Both the position numbers and the translations under genes were made by a program. A stretch of 64,000 nt of DNA from a virus, in the IMG/VR virus record IMGVR_UViG_3300042893_001581, positions 43,969 through 107,968 of that record. One strand, given 5' to 3'. Below the pieces are notes generated by a model that saw only the letters and a list, made by a program, of their open reading frames with translations, was not told the origin of the DNA and made no database searches. Below are positions 19,286 to 28,085 of this stretch, piece by piece (the stretch's first letter is position 1; every line of letters begins with the position of its first letter).

Positions 19286-19585
19286 ATGCCATCTTATTCT
19301 GCATATACACTTAATTTAGTAGCCGAGACAACTGTATACCAAAACGAAGTTAGGTGTAGGGTGAAGGAAAATGATTTTAACTATACGTTAAATCCGAGTG
19401 CAAATAAAGCAGGAACCTCAGGTTCTTATATAGATGCAGTAACAGGTTCAGACTTTCATCCTTATACAACCACAGTAGGATTATATAATGATAAAGATGA
19501 GTTATTAGTAGTTGGAAAATTATCTAGGCCATATCCAATTCCACCTAATACAGATATGACTTTTATTATAAGGTGGGATAGTTAA
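19286..19585 (+). CDS. C-terminal half of a split tail-collar-like protein
   Basis: CRVKENDFNYTLNPS...PYTTTVGLYNDKDELLVVGKLSRP...FIIRWD aligns with the C-half of 13726-14760. Confidence 0.8.
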   Translation: MPSYSAYTLNLVAETTVYQNEVRCRVKENDFNYTLNPSANKAGTSGSYIDAVTGSDFHPYTTTVGLYNDKDELLVVGKLSRPYPIPPNTDMTFIIRWDS

Positions 19586-19595
19586 AAAATAAAGT

Positions 19596-20051
19596 ATGAA
19601 TAAATGGTTATATTTTGATCCTCTAGGAGTTACTAGAGAGTTTAATTCAATAGAAGACTTTCCACCCAATACTGTTGGCTTTATATATAAGATTGTCAAT
19701 CTAGTCAATGGCAAATTCTATATAGGTAGAAAGGTCCTTTTCAATAATACCAATAAAGTATTAACCAAGAAGGAGATCGCGGAATGGGACAAACCTGGGC
19801 GCGTCCCACGCAAGAAGAAGATCATTAAAGAATCTGATTGGTTATCATACCATGGAAGTAATAAGCTTCTTAATCAAGAAAGAAAAGAAATAGGGGATGA
19901 TATGTTTACTAGAGAGATCTTACAATTATGTTACTCTAAAAAACAATTGACTTATTATGAAGTATGGTGGCAAATGCATTACAAAGTTCTTCATATAGAT
20001 TCATATAACGATAATATCCAAGGTAGGTTCTATAGAAAGGATGTAGAATAA
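19596..20051 (+). CDS. GIY-YIG endonuclease, T4 EndoII/Seg-like
   Basis: GFIYKIVNLVNGKFYIGRK, Y.GS, FTREIL, YYE, YNDNI motifs. Confidence 0.85.
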   Translation: MNKWLYFDPLGVTREFNSIEDFPPNTVGFIYKIVNLVNGKFYIGRKVLFNNTNKVLTKKEIAEWDKPGRVPRKKKIIKESDWLSYHGSNKLLNQERKEIGDDMFTREILQLCYSKKQLTYYEVWWQMHYKVLHIDSYNDNIQGRFYRKDVE

Positions 20052-20078
20052 AAAAAGCCCTGGCACTTGCCGAGGGCT
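20050..20078 (-). terminator. intrinsic terminator at the convergence of the two gene blocks
   Basis: AGCCCT-GGC-actt-GCC-g-AGGGCT hairpin with an A7 tract on the left (U7 on the - strand). Confidence 0.75.
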
Positions 20079-20099
20079 ATATGTATGGGCTTGCAAAGG

Positions 20100-20339
20100 T
20101 TAATTCCAATCAATTATCTTATGTAAGGTATCTTTATCTATATTTGCTTTTAAAGCTTTGATAACAGCTTGTTCAAATTCAACTCTAGGATATCCTGTAT
20201 TATCTTCATCTGGGCCAATCTTATCTCCTGTAAGACCTGCTGCATCCAACTGATCATTGTCCATATAATCAAATTCTCTTGGACTAATTTCTTTTAGAAG
20301 AGGATTGTTTGCTGTAAATTGCTTAAAGTTGAATGCCAT
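20100..20339 (-). CDS. small acidic protein, possible internal head protein
   Basis: MAFNFKQFTANNPLLKE N-terminus resembles that of the upstream gene. Confidence 0.7.
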   Translation of the reverse strand: MAFNFKQFTANNPLLKEISPREFDYMDNDQLDAAGLTGDKIGPDEDNTGYPRVEFEQAVIKALKANIDKDTLHKIIDWN

Positions 20340-20352
20340 ATTATTTTTTTAA

Positions 20353-21984
20353 TTAGTCTATATTTCTGTAACTAGGATCAGAAAAAGGATTTTTATTAGA
20401 TTTAGGAGATATATCTTTAATTCTTCTATCAGAAGTTGATAAATATCCTTCAGGGCTTATTGTAACAGGTATGATATCTTCTTCACGATCAGCACCAGGA
20501 ACAATTCCAGGTTTTAATCCTCTAAGAACACTATTATCTCTATCTAATGTATAAGTCATTGTATTAGTACCGAAATCAACAGTATATTCTTCTGAGCCTT
20601 CCATTTGAACACCAGCATCATATCCAGCAATTTCTTCATTTTGAGAAAAGTCAGTAGCAAAGAAGTCAACTATGTCTTGAAATTCAAAACCATCATCAAC
20701 AAGAGCCTCTATACTATCCTTAACTAGCGGATGTCTTGCAAGAACGGTAAATATTGTTCTATCTGCGTATCCTTGTTCTCTAGCACCATCAATAACAGAC
20801 TTTACTTGGCCAAGACGTGGTTGTATACTTTGATCAATAAGTCCCATCATGCGATCAAACTTACCTTGCTCATCTGGCATTAATGAAGGAAATGGATTTA
20901 CAGAATCATCATAATCCATACTGTCTACTTCTTCTACGCTGTCTTCTTTAACAGATTTGTTTTTTACTATATCAAAGAATAATACGTTCTTAGAATCAGT
21001 ATCAAAATCATCATCTTTAGTAACACTTTGAGGATCTATTTGCCAACCAGGGAATTTTGTCTGAAGTAAATTTTTAATATCAGTAAAAGCAGCTTTACTT
21101 ACTTTACTTTCAATAGAAATTGCAATTCCACCGTCCCCAACAATTTTATTGCCTATCCTTGCTACAGTTGGTGCAATTCTTACATTCTCATATTCCTCTT
21201 GATCAGGTCTAGCTTTTTTATATCCGTATTTTTTTTGAATAGCAAATAGTTTTGACATTAAACTATCTTTATCGCCTTTATCTGCTTCTTCTACAGGACT
21301 GTCTTGTACAAATTCATCACCAAAGCCATCCACCTTACTTTCTGGGCCTTCATATGGAATTTCTGTATCCAAATACATTTCCTCTTCTTCTCCTAGTTGG
21401 TTGTATTCATCTAATCCAGGAGGATTAACAGTCCAAGAAGTCAAATAATTAAATGGACCCGGATTTAAAATTCTCTTTTTTTCTACTTTTACCATTTTAG
21501 CATAAGCATCTTTAACTTCTTCTGGTGAAATACCAGTTAATTTAAACTCTATCTCTTCAAATTCATCTTTTATTACTTTAGCGTTGCCTCTGAGACTTTT
21601 TACAAATTTTATAAATGTTTTAACGGCAAATCTTTGATCACCATCACTAATACTTGGATAATCGTAATAAGATAAGGTTATGGTTTCAGAATTTTTGCCT
21701 GAGTTCATCTTTTTTTCTTTAAGCTCTTCTATATCCTTAGTGTAAACTTTATATACTTTTCCTATTTTCACTACTTTTACATCTTTATTAGGATTGCCTG
21801 TCTTTTCCACTTTAGCAAAACGATCTGCTAATTCTTTGTTCTCCGTAGCTCCAAAGTCTGCTTGTTCCCAGCCTTCTAGATCTTCTACTTCTTTTAAAGC
21901 ATGAAGGTCTACATAGCCACCAAGAATAGCATGAGGACCAAGGTGGTTCTCTTTTAAATACTTTGCAATGTTAAAATCTTTCAT
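20353..21984 (-). CDS. acidic multi-module protein, possible protease-processed internal head protein
   Basis: MKDFNIAKYLKEN start; recurrent L/V/I-x-E sites; ATATTTAT upstream (22004-22011). Confidence 0.7.
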   Translation of the reverse strand: MKDFNIAKYLKENHLGPHAILGGYVDLHALKEVEDLEGWEQADFGATENKELADRFAKVEKTGNPNKDVKVVKIGKVYKVYTKDIEELKEKKMNSGKNSETITLSYYDYPSISDGDQRFAVKTFIKFVKSLRGNAKVIKDEFEEIEFKLTGISPEEVKDAYAKMVKVEKKRILNPGPFNYLTSWTVNPPGLDEYNQLGEEEEMYLDTEIPYEGPESKVDGFGDEFVQDSPVEEADKGDKDSLMSKLFAIQKKYGYKKARPDQEEYENVRIAPTVARIGNKIVGDGGIAISIESKVSKAAFTDIKNLLQTKFPGWQIDPQSVTKDDDFDTDSKNVLFFDIVKNKSVKEDSVEEVDSMDYDDSVNPFPSLMPDEQGKFDRMMGLIDQSIQPRLGQVKSVIDGAREQGYADRTIFTVLARHPLVKDSIEALVDDGFEFQDIVDFFATDFSQNEEIAGYDAGVQMEGSEEYTVDFGTNTMTYTLDRDNSVLRGLKPGIVPGADREEDIIPVTISPEGYLSTSDRRIKDISPKSNKNPFSDPSYRNID

Positions 21985-22015
21985 TATAATAATTTTACTA
22001 CTAATAAATATTGAA

Positions 22016-22300
22016 TTACTTATTAAATATGCTTTTGATTATACCATATAGTAAAACAAAGGGTGCGGCCACAATACTTGCCACTCCTAGGCCTATAAGA
22101 CCTAGAAAGAAGATCAAGATCATTAGTCCTAGACAAAACCCAACTACTGTTAATCCTGCTTCAAAGTTAAGTGGCATCATCAATAATCCTATAGATGCAA
22201 ATGAGAATAGTAACAGCCACAAAGTCATTAAGCTCCACTTGAGTTTCCAATATATGAAAGCAACAATAAAGCAGGCTAGTATAAATAATAGATAAGTCAT
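22016..22300 (-). CDS. small membrane protein
   Basis: Three to four hydrophobic segments in 94 aa. Confidence 0.7.
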   Translation of the reverse strand: MTYLLFILACFIVAFIYWKLKWSLMTLWLLLFSFASIGLLMMPLNFEAGLTVVGFCLGLMILIFFLGLIGLGVASIVAAPFVLLYGIIKSIFNK

Positions 22301-22349
22301 AGTCGTTCGGTTTTTCGCATAGGGGCCCTAAAATATAGTATTTACAAAT

Positions 22350-22859
22350 TTACTCTAAAGTATCACCAAAGTCACCAGAACTAATAGTCAACTTCTCTCC
22401 GAGCTCCTTTATCACATCTATAGCAGTTTGAGAATCAATCTCGAACCCTTCACGTTTAGGATTAACTCTATATCCTTGATCTTCTAGATGTTGATGAACA
22501 GCCTGTTCTAAAATTAGGCTATTAATACATTTGTACTTGAAGACCGAGAACCATGGAGTTATCACACCTGTTGCGTAGTTAATCTCCTTTACCCTCTGTC
22601 CTACACTAGTAGTAGTCATTCCAATCTTACATATACCAGGCATAGACTTATTTACCAAAACGTATACCCATTCAGGTTTTCTGATACTTAGGGTAGGATC
22701 AAGTATTCCTTCACCATAATATGTAACGTCTTCCCAACCTTCATATTCAGATTCTTTACTTGGGGTTAAAGTGAAGGCAACTGCTTTCCTACAACGGTAA
22801 GGATCAGAGTCTTCTAACTTAATGTAAAAGTGAGTCAAATCTGGAGATATTCGTTTCAT
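22350..22859 (-). CDS. T5orf172 (GIY-YIG superfamily) protein
   Basis: WVYVLVNKSMPGICKIGMTT...QRVKEI..TGV..P..LEQAVH..L..YRVNPKREGF. Confidence 0.85.
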   Translation of the reverse strand: MKRISPDLTHFYIKLEDSDPYRCRKAVAFTLTPSKESEYEGWEDVTYYGEGILDPTLSIRKPEWVYVLVNKSMPGICKIGMTTTSVGQRVKEINYATGVITPWFSVFKYKCINSLILEQAVHQHLEDQGYRVNPKREGFEIDSQTAIDVIKELGEKLTISSGDFGDTLE

Positions 22860-22908
22860 CCGATTTATATATTTACAATTTTTGGTGAATGGGAATTTTT
22901 CCCGGAGT

Positions 22909-23073
22909 TTAGAATTTCAATTCCATTTTTTTGATAGTAAAAGTGACACACCATTTCAAGAACGAAATGTCCAAGAACATATATTCTAATTTACTATCTA
23001 CATATTCATAACAGATGGATATGGTAGGAATGAAATAGATTGTATTGTAATTGCTGTTAAAACTAAAATTCAT
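22909..23073 (-). CDS. small hypothetical protein (54 aa, below the ORF-track cutoff)
   Basis: MNFSFNSNYNTIYFIPTISI...KWCVTFTIKKMELKF; starts 2 nt after the upstream stop. Confidence 0.55.
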   Translation of the reverse strand: MNFSFNSNYNTIYFIPTISICYEYVDSKLEYMFLDISFLKWCVTFTIKKMELKF

Positions 23074-23075
23074 AT

Positions 23076-23267
23076 TTATTTATTTTCAAGTTCTTTGATC
23101 TTGTTTGTTTTTAACCAACAGGTTATAATCCATAGGATAGCAACAACCTGCCAACCATAATCACTACCTTCCTTTAGATTGACTGTCATAACCGATGCTG
23201 ATGCAATTAGGGCAAGAGCCATTAAGATCTTTTCCCATACTTCGAAATGTTGTTTCAATTTATCCAT
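23076..23267 (-). CDS. small 2-TM membrane protein
   Basis: Two hydrophobic helices. Confidence 0.65.
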   Translation of the reverse strand: MDKLKQHFEVWEKILMALALIASASVMTVNLKEGSDYGWQVVAILWIITCWLKTNKIKELENK

Positions 23268-23426
23268 GTTTCTATATTTAAATTTTGAATGTTACAATAT
23301 ACTTTCCATTAGGGGTTTTCTTCATTGTAGCTGGAATAGATATGTTACCGAATTTGGCGATTAACTTTCCTGCTTCTTCTATTGTGTCAAACAGTTTCTT
23401 GTATATGTTTTTTTCTGTCATTTTAT

Positions 23427-23687
23427 TTAGTTTTTATAATAGATAGCATTCCATCTACCATTTTCATTTTTATAGACTCCACAAGTACCTTTACCATTTA
23501 CCATATATCCATTCCACTTTTTAGAAAAATTAGTGGCATAGTAACCACGGTCTGGAGAATTATGGTCATATTTGTAGTTATGGCCTTTAGAAATTCTAAG
23601 CACTTCTTTGATCATCTCGGTATATGTAAAATTATTACCGTTCTCAATCATGTGCTCTACAAGTTTTTCTTTTATAGTCTTTCTCAT
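23427..23687 (-). CDS. hypothetical protein
   Basis: 86-aa ORF in the gene-block orientation. Confidence 0.7.
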   Translation of the reverse strand: MRKTIKEKLVEHMIENGNNFTYTEMIKEVLRISKGHNYKYDHNSPDRGYYATNFSKKWNGYMVNGKGTCGVYKNENGRWNAIYYKN

Positions 23688-23710
23688 TTATTTACGTATT
23701 TATATTCTTA

Positions 23711-23870
23711 GACAATTTGGAAATTTTCCCGGTGTGCGTGGCCAGTCAACGCGGGGCCCCCGGCTAGGGCCCTCCTATCTACCATAATTAGGTCATTGCT
23801 GTGGTGCTAGCTCCGTGCTAATGGTCAAGAGCAAGCCGCAAGCATGTCGCTCGCGAGCTCGTCTCTCTAA
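23711..23870. other. GC-rich, palindrome-dense non-coding island
   Basis: GGGGCCCC, GGGCCC, GCTAGC, GCTCGCGAGC, GAGCTC and TGGCCA within 160 bp; no credible ORF. Confidence 0.6.
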
Positions 23871-23874
23871 CCAA

Positions 23875-24669
23875 CTAGTTTGAGTAAGCGCTAGCTAAAC
23901 TCCACAGGCCTTGGTTGATATTGAAGTCCTCTATAGGATTCTTGATCGCCCTAGCTTGACGGTTGTTTAATTGGAACCCACCCTTAATAAGATTCTCTTG
24001 TACGGTATTGTAAGTGTGCCACAAGGTAGGCTGCGCATCGATCTTACGTTTAGCATTTAGAATGTCTAGTACCTCGTACTGTTCAGGCTGACGATCATCT
24101 GAAAGTCTTAAGGCCAATGCTTCTACAGCAAACTGGTATCTTTGCTTATCAGTCATCTCGATCATATTCCATTTGCTTATGGTATTAACTACGCCTTGGA
24201 GTCCAGATACCTTCTCATCAATAAGGTTCTTAACCTCTTGGAAGTTCATCTTGGTGTGGCGCTCTCTAAAGGAACCCATGTCCTTGTCCTTGATAACCAA
24301 ACCATTCTCACATACAAGACGGAACAAGCCCATCTCGAATTGAATTGGTCTAGTGCCATCATGAGAGTTGATAAGTACAACCTCAGGCCTTGCTTCGATC
24401 TTACCCTGTGGGTCTTTAATGTAGAGGTCAGGGTGTTGGAAGCGGGTGATGTGTATGCCCCAATTCTTACGGAGCTCTACGTTAGAACTAGATTGCTTTA
24501 CTCCTGTCAATACGTAACCCATATCCTGCATGTGGTCGATAACCTCAAACGTAGGAGTGAACTGGTACTTCGGACTTTTGATAGTCGGTGCAGGTGAAGT
24601 AGCAAAGATAGCTGGAGCGATTTGTCTTGCAGTGTCGAGAGAGATAGATGTAATAGTGTTCAAATTCAT
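23875..24669 (-). CDS. DUF932/DUF945-family protein
   Basis: APAIFA...S.KYQFTPT..VID, EVVLINSHDG...FEMGLFRLVCENGLV, RH, LW.TYNTVQENLIKGG, NQGLW. Confidence 0.85.
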   Translation of the reverse strand: MNLNTITSISLDTARQIAPAIFATSPAPTIKSPKYQFTPTFEVIDHMQDMGYVLTGVKQSSSNVELRKNWGIHITRFQHPDLYIKDPQGKIEARPEVVLINSHDGTRPIQFEMGLFRLVCENGLVIKDKDMGSFRERHTKMNFQEVKNLIDEKVSGLQGVVNTISKWNMIEMTDKQRYQFAVEALALRLSDDRQPEQYEVLDILNAKRKIDAQPTLWHTYNTVQENLIKGGFQLNNRQARAIKNPIEDFNINQGLWSLASAYSN

Positions 24670-24735
24670 AACCTTTATTTATATTGTAATTTAATTAATT
24701 AATCTGATGTGGTAAAATAATTCTTTGGAGTGGAC

Positions 24736-25014
24736 CTAGTATCTGTTAATGATGTCACTGATCTCTTTATTCCTTTTCATTTCCTCTAGTGAACCGTACC
24801 TAAGGCCGATCTGAAAGAAGTCTAAGGCAGTTCCAGTGATAATGAACCTACTCATGTTTCCGTCCTCATCCTTTTCTACATCCATCTGGATCCTGTCATT
24901 CACCCATAGGTCTGAACTGTAGAGGTTCTCATTGATGGTGTCAACGGCCTTTTTAATGAATTCGTAGTTACGTACTGAGGAGAGGATAAGCTGTGTTCTG
25001 TCTGTCATTGTCAT
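24736..25014 (-). CDS. early hypothetical protein (first gene of cassette 1)
   Basis: Start reassigned to ATG 25014 inside the shared AATCAATAATGA leader. Confidence 0.75.
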   Translation of the reverse strand: MTMTDRTQLILSSVRNYEFIKKAVDTINENLYSSDLWVNDRIQMDVEKDEDGNMSRFIITGTALDFFQIGLRYGSLEEMKRNKEISDIINRY

Positions 25015-25180
25015 TATTGATTGGTATATAGTAAAATTAAGACATTCCAGTGACATAAAAAAATATTTAGGCAACTATTTTGAAAAGTTTTTATTGAGAA
25101 TCAATCAGTTATAAGTCGTTGGTAATCAATCTCTTATATACGTAAATATCCTTTCTAACTTATTGGGTATCAATCACTTA
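25011..25180 (-). promoter_or_regulatory. early promoter cassette 1: -7 box plus three 25-bp palindromes
   Basis: TAATTTTA at 25032-25039; palindromes 25087-25111, 25112-25136 and 25156-25180. Confidence 0.8.
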
Positions 25181-25320
25181 GGTGACGCGGGCGTGATATG
25201 GCTACGGATCCAGACTATTCTTTTCCTTATTCTTTTATACACAAATTGACACAAACTAACACTTTCTAACAATATTAATTTTTTATATCCGTTAGATCTT
25301 TCTAGTTACACACTAGGTAT

Positions 25321-25581
25321 TTAAAAGGTGAACCCGCTATCTATGTATCTTACGGTATTCTTAACAGCCGGTTGTGGGGTTGGTTGAGGTATTTCTTCTA
25401 TAGTATTATTCTGTTCTATAGGTTTTATTTCTTCTTCTGTTATTACAGGTGTAGGAGTTGTTTCTTCTTCCTTTATATCCTTATCTGTATTTTTATCCTC
25501 TGGTATTATATTATTATCTTTATTCACTGGATTATTATCTATGTTTATGTCTTGGGCCTGTTGGTTTTTGTTTATGTCCAT
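25321..25581 (-). CDS. low-complexity acidic protein
   Basis: 86 aa, rich in N/D/E/P/T. Confidence 0.65.
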   Translation of the reverse strand: MDINKNQQAQDINIDNNPVNKDNNIIPEDKNTDKDIKEEETTPTPVITEEEIKPIEQNNTIEEIPQPTPQPAVKNTVRYIDSGFTF

Positions 25582-25588
25582 GGTTGTT

Positions 25589-26713
25589 TTATTTTACTTT
25601 AGCAAGTACGTCAAACATATTATTTGGTATTATCTCAGCATTAGGAAGTCTTCCTAGTATATACTTAGTGTAAAGGTTTGCTCTTGAATTAGAAGATAGA
25701 TCTGTATCTCTTACTTTAGTAGACTTAGGATTTGTCGTAGTTCTTTTAGCCGGGTTAAATGCTATGTACTTGATATATTGATTAATGGCTAAATCTTCTT
25801 TTACTATAGCTGTTACGGTATTCATTACTCTGTATAACTCTCCTTTATTTGTTACTATATTCTGGTTTGATCCTACTGAATTAGTATCATCAGACTCATC
25901 AATCACTCCAAATGTAACTATAAGTACTGTACTTTCCAATCTTCTTTTTTGATCATCAGGGATACTTGAATCTAATTCATCACCATATAGTATAAGTTTA
26001 CTAACCTCCATCGGTCCTTCAACTGGATCGTACTCTTCTAATTCTACTGCGTATAATAATCCACTTGGTGTTTTGAATGAATAAAGTCTATAGTCCTCCA
26101 TGTCTTCTTCTGTCTTAAATACATAAGAATCTATTTTTTCCTTCTCTAATCCAATCTCATTTACCTTCTTACCTTTGAAGTCTTTATTGATATAATACTT
26201 GAAGGAATGTTTTGATGCTTCCTTATTTTTCTCAAAGGTTGGGAATAGAGTTTCTACATAGTAGTCATATATAGTATCTCTCTTCTTATCCGATGGTGCC
26301 CATGCCATTGCGTATACCTTATCCATACCTCCAACCTTTTCGGCAGTATTCTTTACAGCTTGAACCACGGTAGCCAGAACTTTCAACGTATCTCCTGCTC
26401 CAGTCTTTTCATCATATTTATCCTCATCATTCGGATTCTCATCACCAGGATCAGGAATAAAATCACTCTTAGTTCCTTGAGCAGTAGTATCTGCACCAAA
26501 TGCCACATAGAGTGTAATTCCAGGATCCTTTGGTTTTTTGGATACTAATACTGTTACCTCCATAGGATCTTCGTTTATATTAGTATAGGCATACTTATAG
26601 TAATCTCCGTACCCTAAATTCTTAGATGCTATCTTATCAAACTTATAAGCATCTTTTGGTTGTGGTACATTTAACTCTAGAGTAAGTTCTTCAAGTAATT
26701 GTCTTAATTTCAT
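25589..26713 (-). CDS. protein with two tandem homologous domains (DUF6934-like) and an L-x-E leader
   Basis: V.FG...T..G....V..TV...VK...P....R...Y..Y...P occurs twice; MKLRQLLEE start; ATATTTAT at 26727-26734. Confidence 0.65.
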   Translation of the reverse strand: MKLRQLLEELTLELNVPQPKDAYKFDKIASKNLGYGDYYKYAYTNINEDPMEVTVLVSKKPKDPGITLYVAFGADTTAQGTKSDFIPDPGDENPNDEDKYDEKTGAGDTLKVLATVVQAVKNTAEKVGGMDKVYAMAWAPSDKKRDTIYDYYVETLFPTFEKNKEASKHSFKYYINKDFKGKKVNEIGLEKEKIDSYVFKTEEDMEDYRLYSFKTPSGLLYAVELEEYDPVEGPMEVSKLILYGDELDSSIPDDQKRRLESTVLIVTFGVIDESDDTNSVGSNQNIVTNKGELYRVMNTVTAIVKEDLAINQYIKYIAFNPAKRTTTNPKSTKVRDTDLSSNSRANLYTKYILGRLPNAEIIPNNMFDVLAKVK

Positions 26714-26736
26714 CCTGATCTTTTATATAAATATCT

Positions 26737-27123
26737 TTATACCTTACTATCTAAATCTCTTATCATCCATTTGATCTTGCCTATCTCTTCTAAGATCATA
26801 TCTAACTTGGATTCTATACTTGTAGTCTTGCATTCTTTAATATCTGTAACAGCATAAGCAATTCCGTCACTATATTCTATTTGATAATCTACCTTCTTAC
26901 CTTGAGTAGGAAAGTCTGCCATTTGATATTGGTGCATCCAACTCCTACATTCATTCGGATGAAGTGGAATACCGTCAGACCATAAGCCATCATAATAAAC
27001 TGTATAGACAATCCACTCTCCTTCATCATATCTTAAAAATCCTGGATGTATTTCATACAATCCGTCTTGCTGATCTTGATTCATCATATCTATTAGAATT
27101 TGTTTTTGTTCTTCTTTATCCAT
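26737..27123 (-). CDS. hypothetical protein
   Basis: 128-aa ORF. Confidence 0.7.
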   Translation of the reverse strand: MDKEEQKQILIDMMNQDQQDGLYEIHPGFLRYDEGEWIVYTVYYDGLWSDGIPLHPNECRSWMHQYQMADFPTQGKKVDYQIEYSDGIAYAVTDIKECKTTSIESKLDMILEEIGKIKWMIRDLDSKV

Positions 27124-27125
27124 CT

Positions 27126-27284
27126 TTATCTATTTTTCATTCTTTCCATTTGTTCCATATATTCCTCGAACCAAAAGTCCCTGTCCTCATCCCAGTTACC
27201 TGTCAATTGAGGATAGAACTCATAGAACATTCCACTCTTTAACAGAGTATTGTATGCAGTCTTTGCTTTGTCTAAATTTTCCAT
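27126..27284 (-). CDS. small hypothetical protein (52 aa)
   Basis: MENLDKAKTAYNTLLKSGMFYEFYPQLTGNWDED...; fills the gap between neighbours. Confidence 0.65.
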   Translation of the reverse strand: MENLDKAKTAYNTLLKSGMFYEFYPQLTGNWDEDRDFWFEEYMEQMERMKNR

Positions 27285-27285
27285 A

Positions 27286-27495
27286 TTATAACTTTTCTAT
27301 TTCTTGTTTTACTTCTGTCCAAAATTCATATCCGCTATGTGTGCCCATATATCCTAATACTTCGACACAACATTCAATTGCCTGTCTTTTGGCAATACCT
27401 TTACGTTCTTTTACATTTAATTTATGTCCTGTTTCTGCCAATACAATTAGCTCAGACATTGAAATTAATTTGGTTGCTTTTTCTTTTGCTGTCAT
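27286..27495 (-). CDS. small phage protein, MTxKEKA family
   Basis: MTAKEKATKL...FWTEVKQEIEKL; similar to 34064-34237. Confidence 0.7.
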   Translation of the reverse strand: MTAKEKATKLISMSELIVLAETGHKLNVKERKGIAKRQAIECCVEVLGYMGTHSGYEFWTEVKQEIEKL

Positions 27496-27504
27496 AACTT
27501 TTAT

Positions 27505-27882
27505 TTAATAAGATTCATAAGACTTCTCTTCTACTATACCTGAATTGGTTAATAGGTTTATCTCCTTCTTAATCTCGGCCCTTCGATCATTCTTAATATA
27601 CACAGATCTGGCCAATTGGATAAACTTATCTCCGAAGTCTTTTTGCCTCTCGCATTCTCGGATATCATCTTCTATATCCCAAAGTTCCTTGTTCACTACT
27701 GCAAGATCAAGGTACTTATCATAGACTTCTTTCTTCTTAACAACCTTCAAGAAGATAGGAATTATCCAGTCTATTTCTTTCTCAACGTTATCTAGCTTGG
27801 TATCGTCTTTGATATTTGATCTCTTAATGAGTAGGATAGAGAACTTGTCTGCGATTTCTCCATTTGATACTTCTATTTTCAT
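27505..27882 (-). CDS. DUF6165-like protein
   Basis: MKIEVSNGEIADKFSILLIK...VNKELWDIEDDIR.CE...DFGDKFIQLARSVY..ND.RA.IK.EIN...S.IVEEKSY; start moved to 27882. Confidence 0.75.
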   Translation of the reverse strand: MKIEVSNGEIADKFSILLIKRSNIKDDTKLDNVEKEIDWIIPIFLKVVKKKEVYDKYLDLAVVNKELWDIEDDIRECERQKDFGDKFIQLARSVYIKNDRRAEIKKEINLLTNSGIVEEKSYESY

Positions 27883-28085
27883 ACGACCTCCTTTTTTTCT
27901 ACTTTCCAAGTATTACCTTCACTGTCTTCTGCAATCAGATTAACTCGATTGACTTTAGTTACTGTACCACGATAATATGTGGTCTCATAAGATCTTCCGT
28001 CATGGAAATAACTACTCCACTTAATTGCATCTCCGACCTTAAATTCTCTTACGGCCTTTTCAGCCTTTTTAATTAGGGTTGCCAT
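27879..28085 (-). CDS. small SH3-like beta-barrel protein
   Basis: FKVGDAIKW...GTVTKVNRVNL...G..WKV. Confidence 0.65.
   Translation of the reverse strand: MATLIKKAEKAVREFKVGDAIKWSSYFHDGRSYETTYYRGTVTKVNRVNLIAEDSEGNTWKVEKKEVV

Noticed and set aside
19596-20051. GIY-YIG gene as an intron-encoded homing endonuclease responsible for the split gene
   Set aside because: It lies outside the split, no group I intron structure is apparent, and it resembles free-standing EndoII-like nucleases.
20079-20102. Second possible antisense seed UAACCUUU (complementary to AAAGGUUA starts) before the 20.05-kb terminator
   Set aside because: Only 8 nt, AT-rich and overlapping the stop codon, so it cannot be told from chance without comparative data.
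22011-22295. + strand 94-aa ORF and other short antisense ORFs in the track (e.g. 583, 1677, 24142, 40409, 45860, 58769)
   Set aside because: They overlap better-supported genes on the opposite strand and show no motifs or start context.
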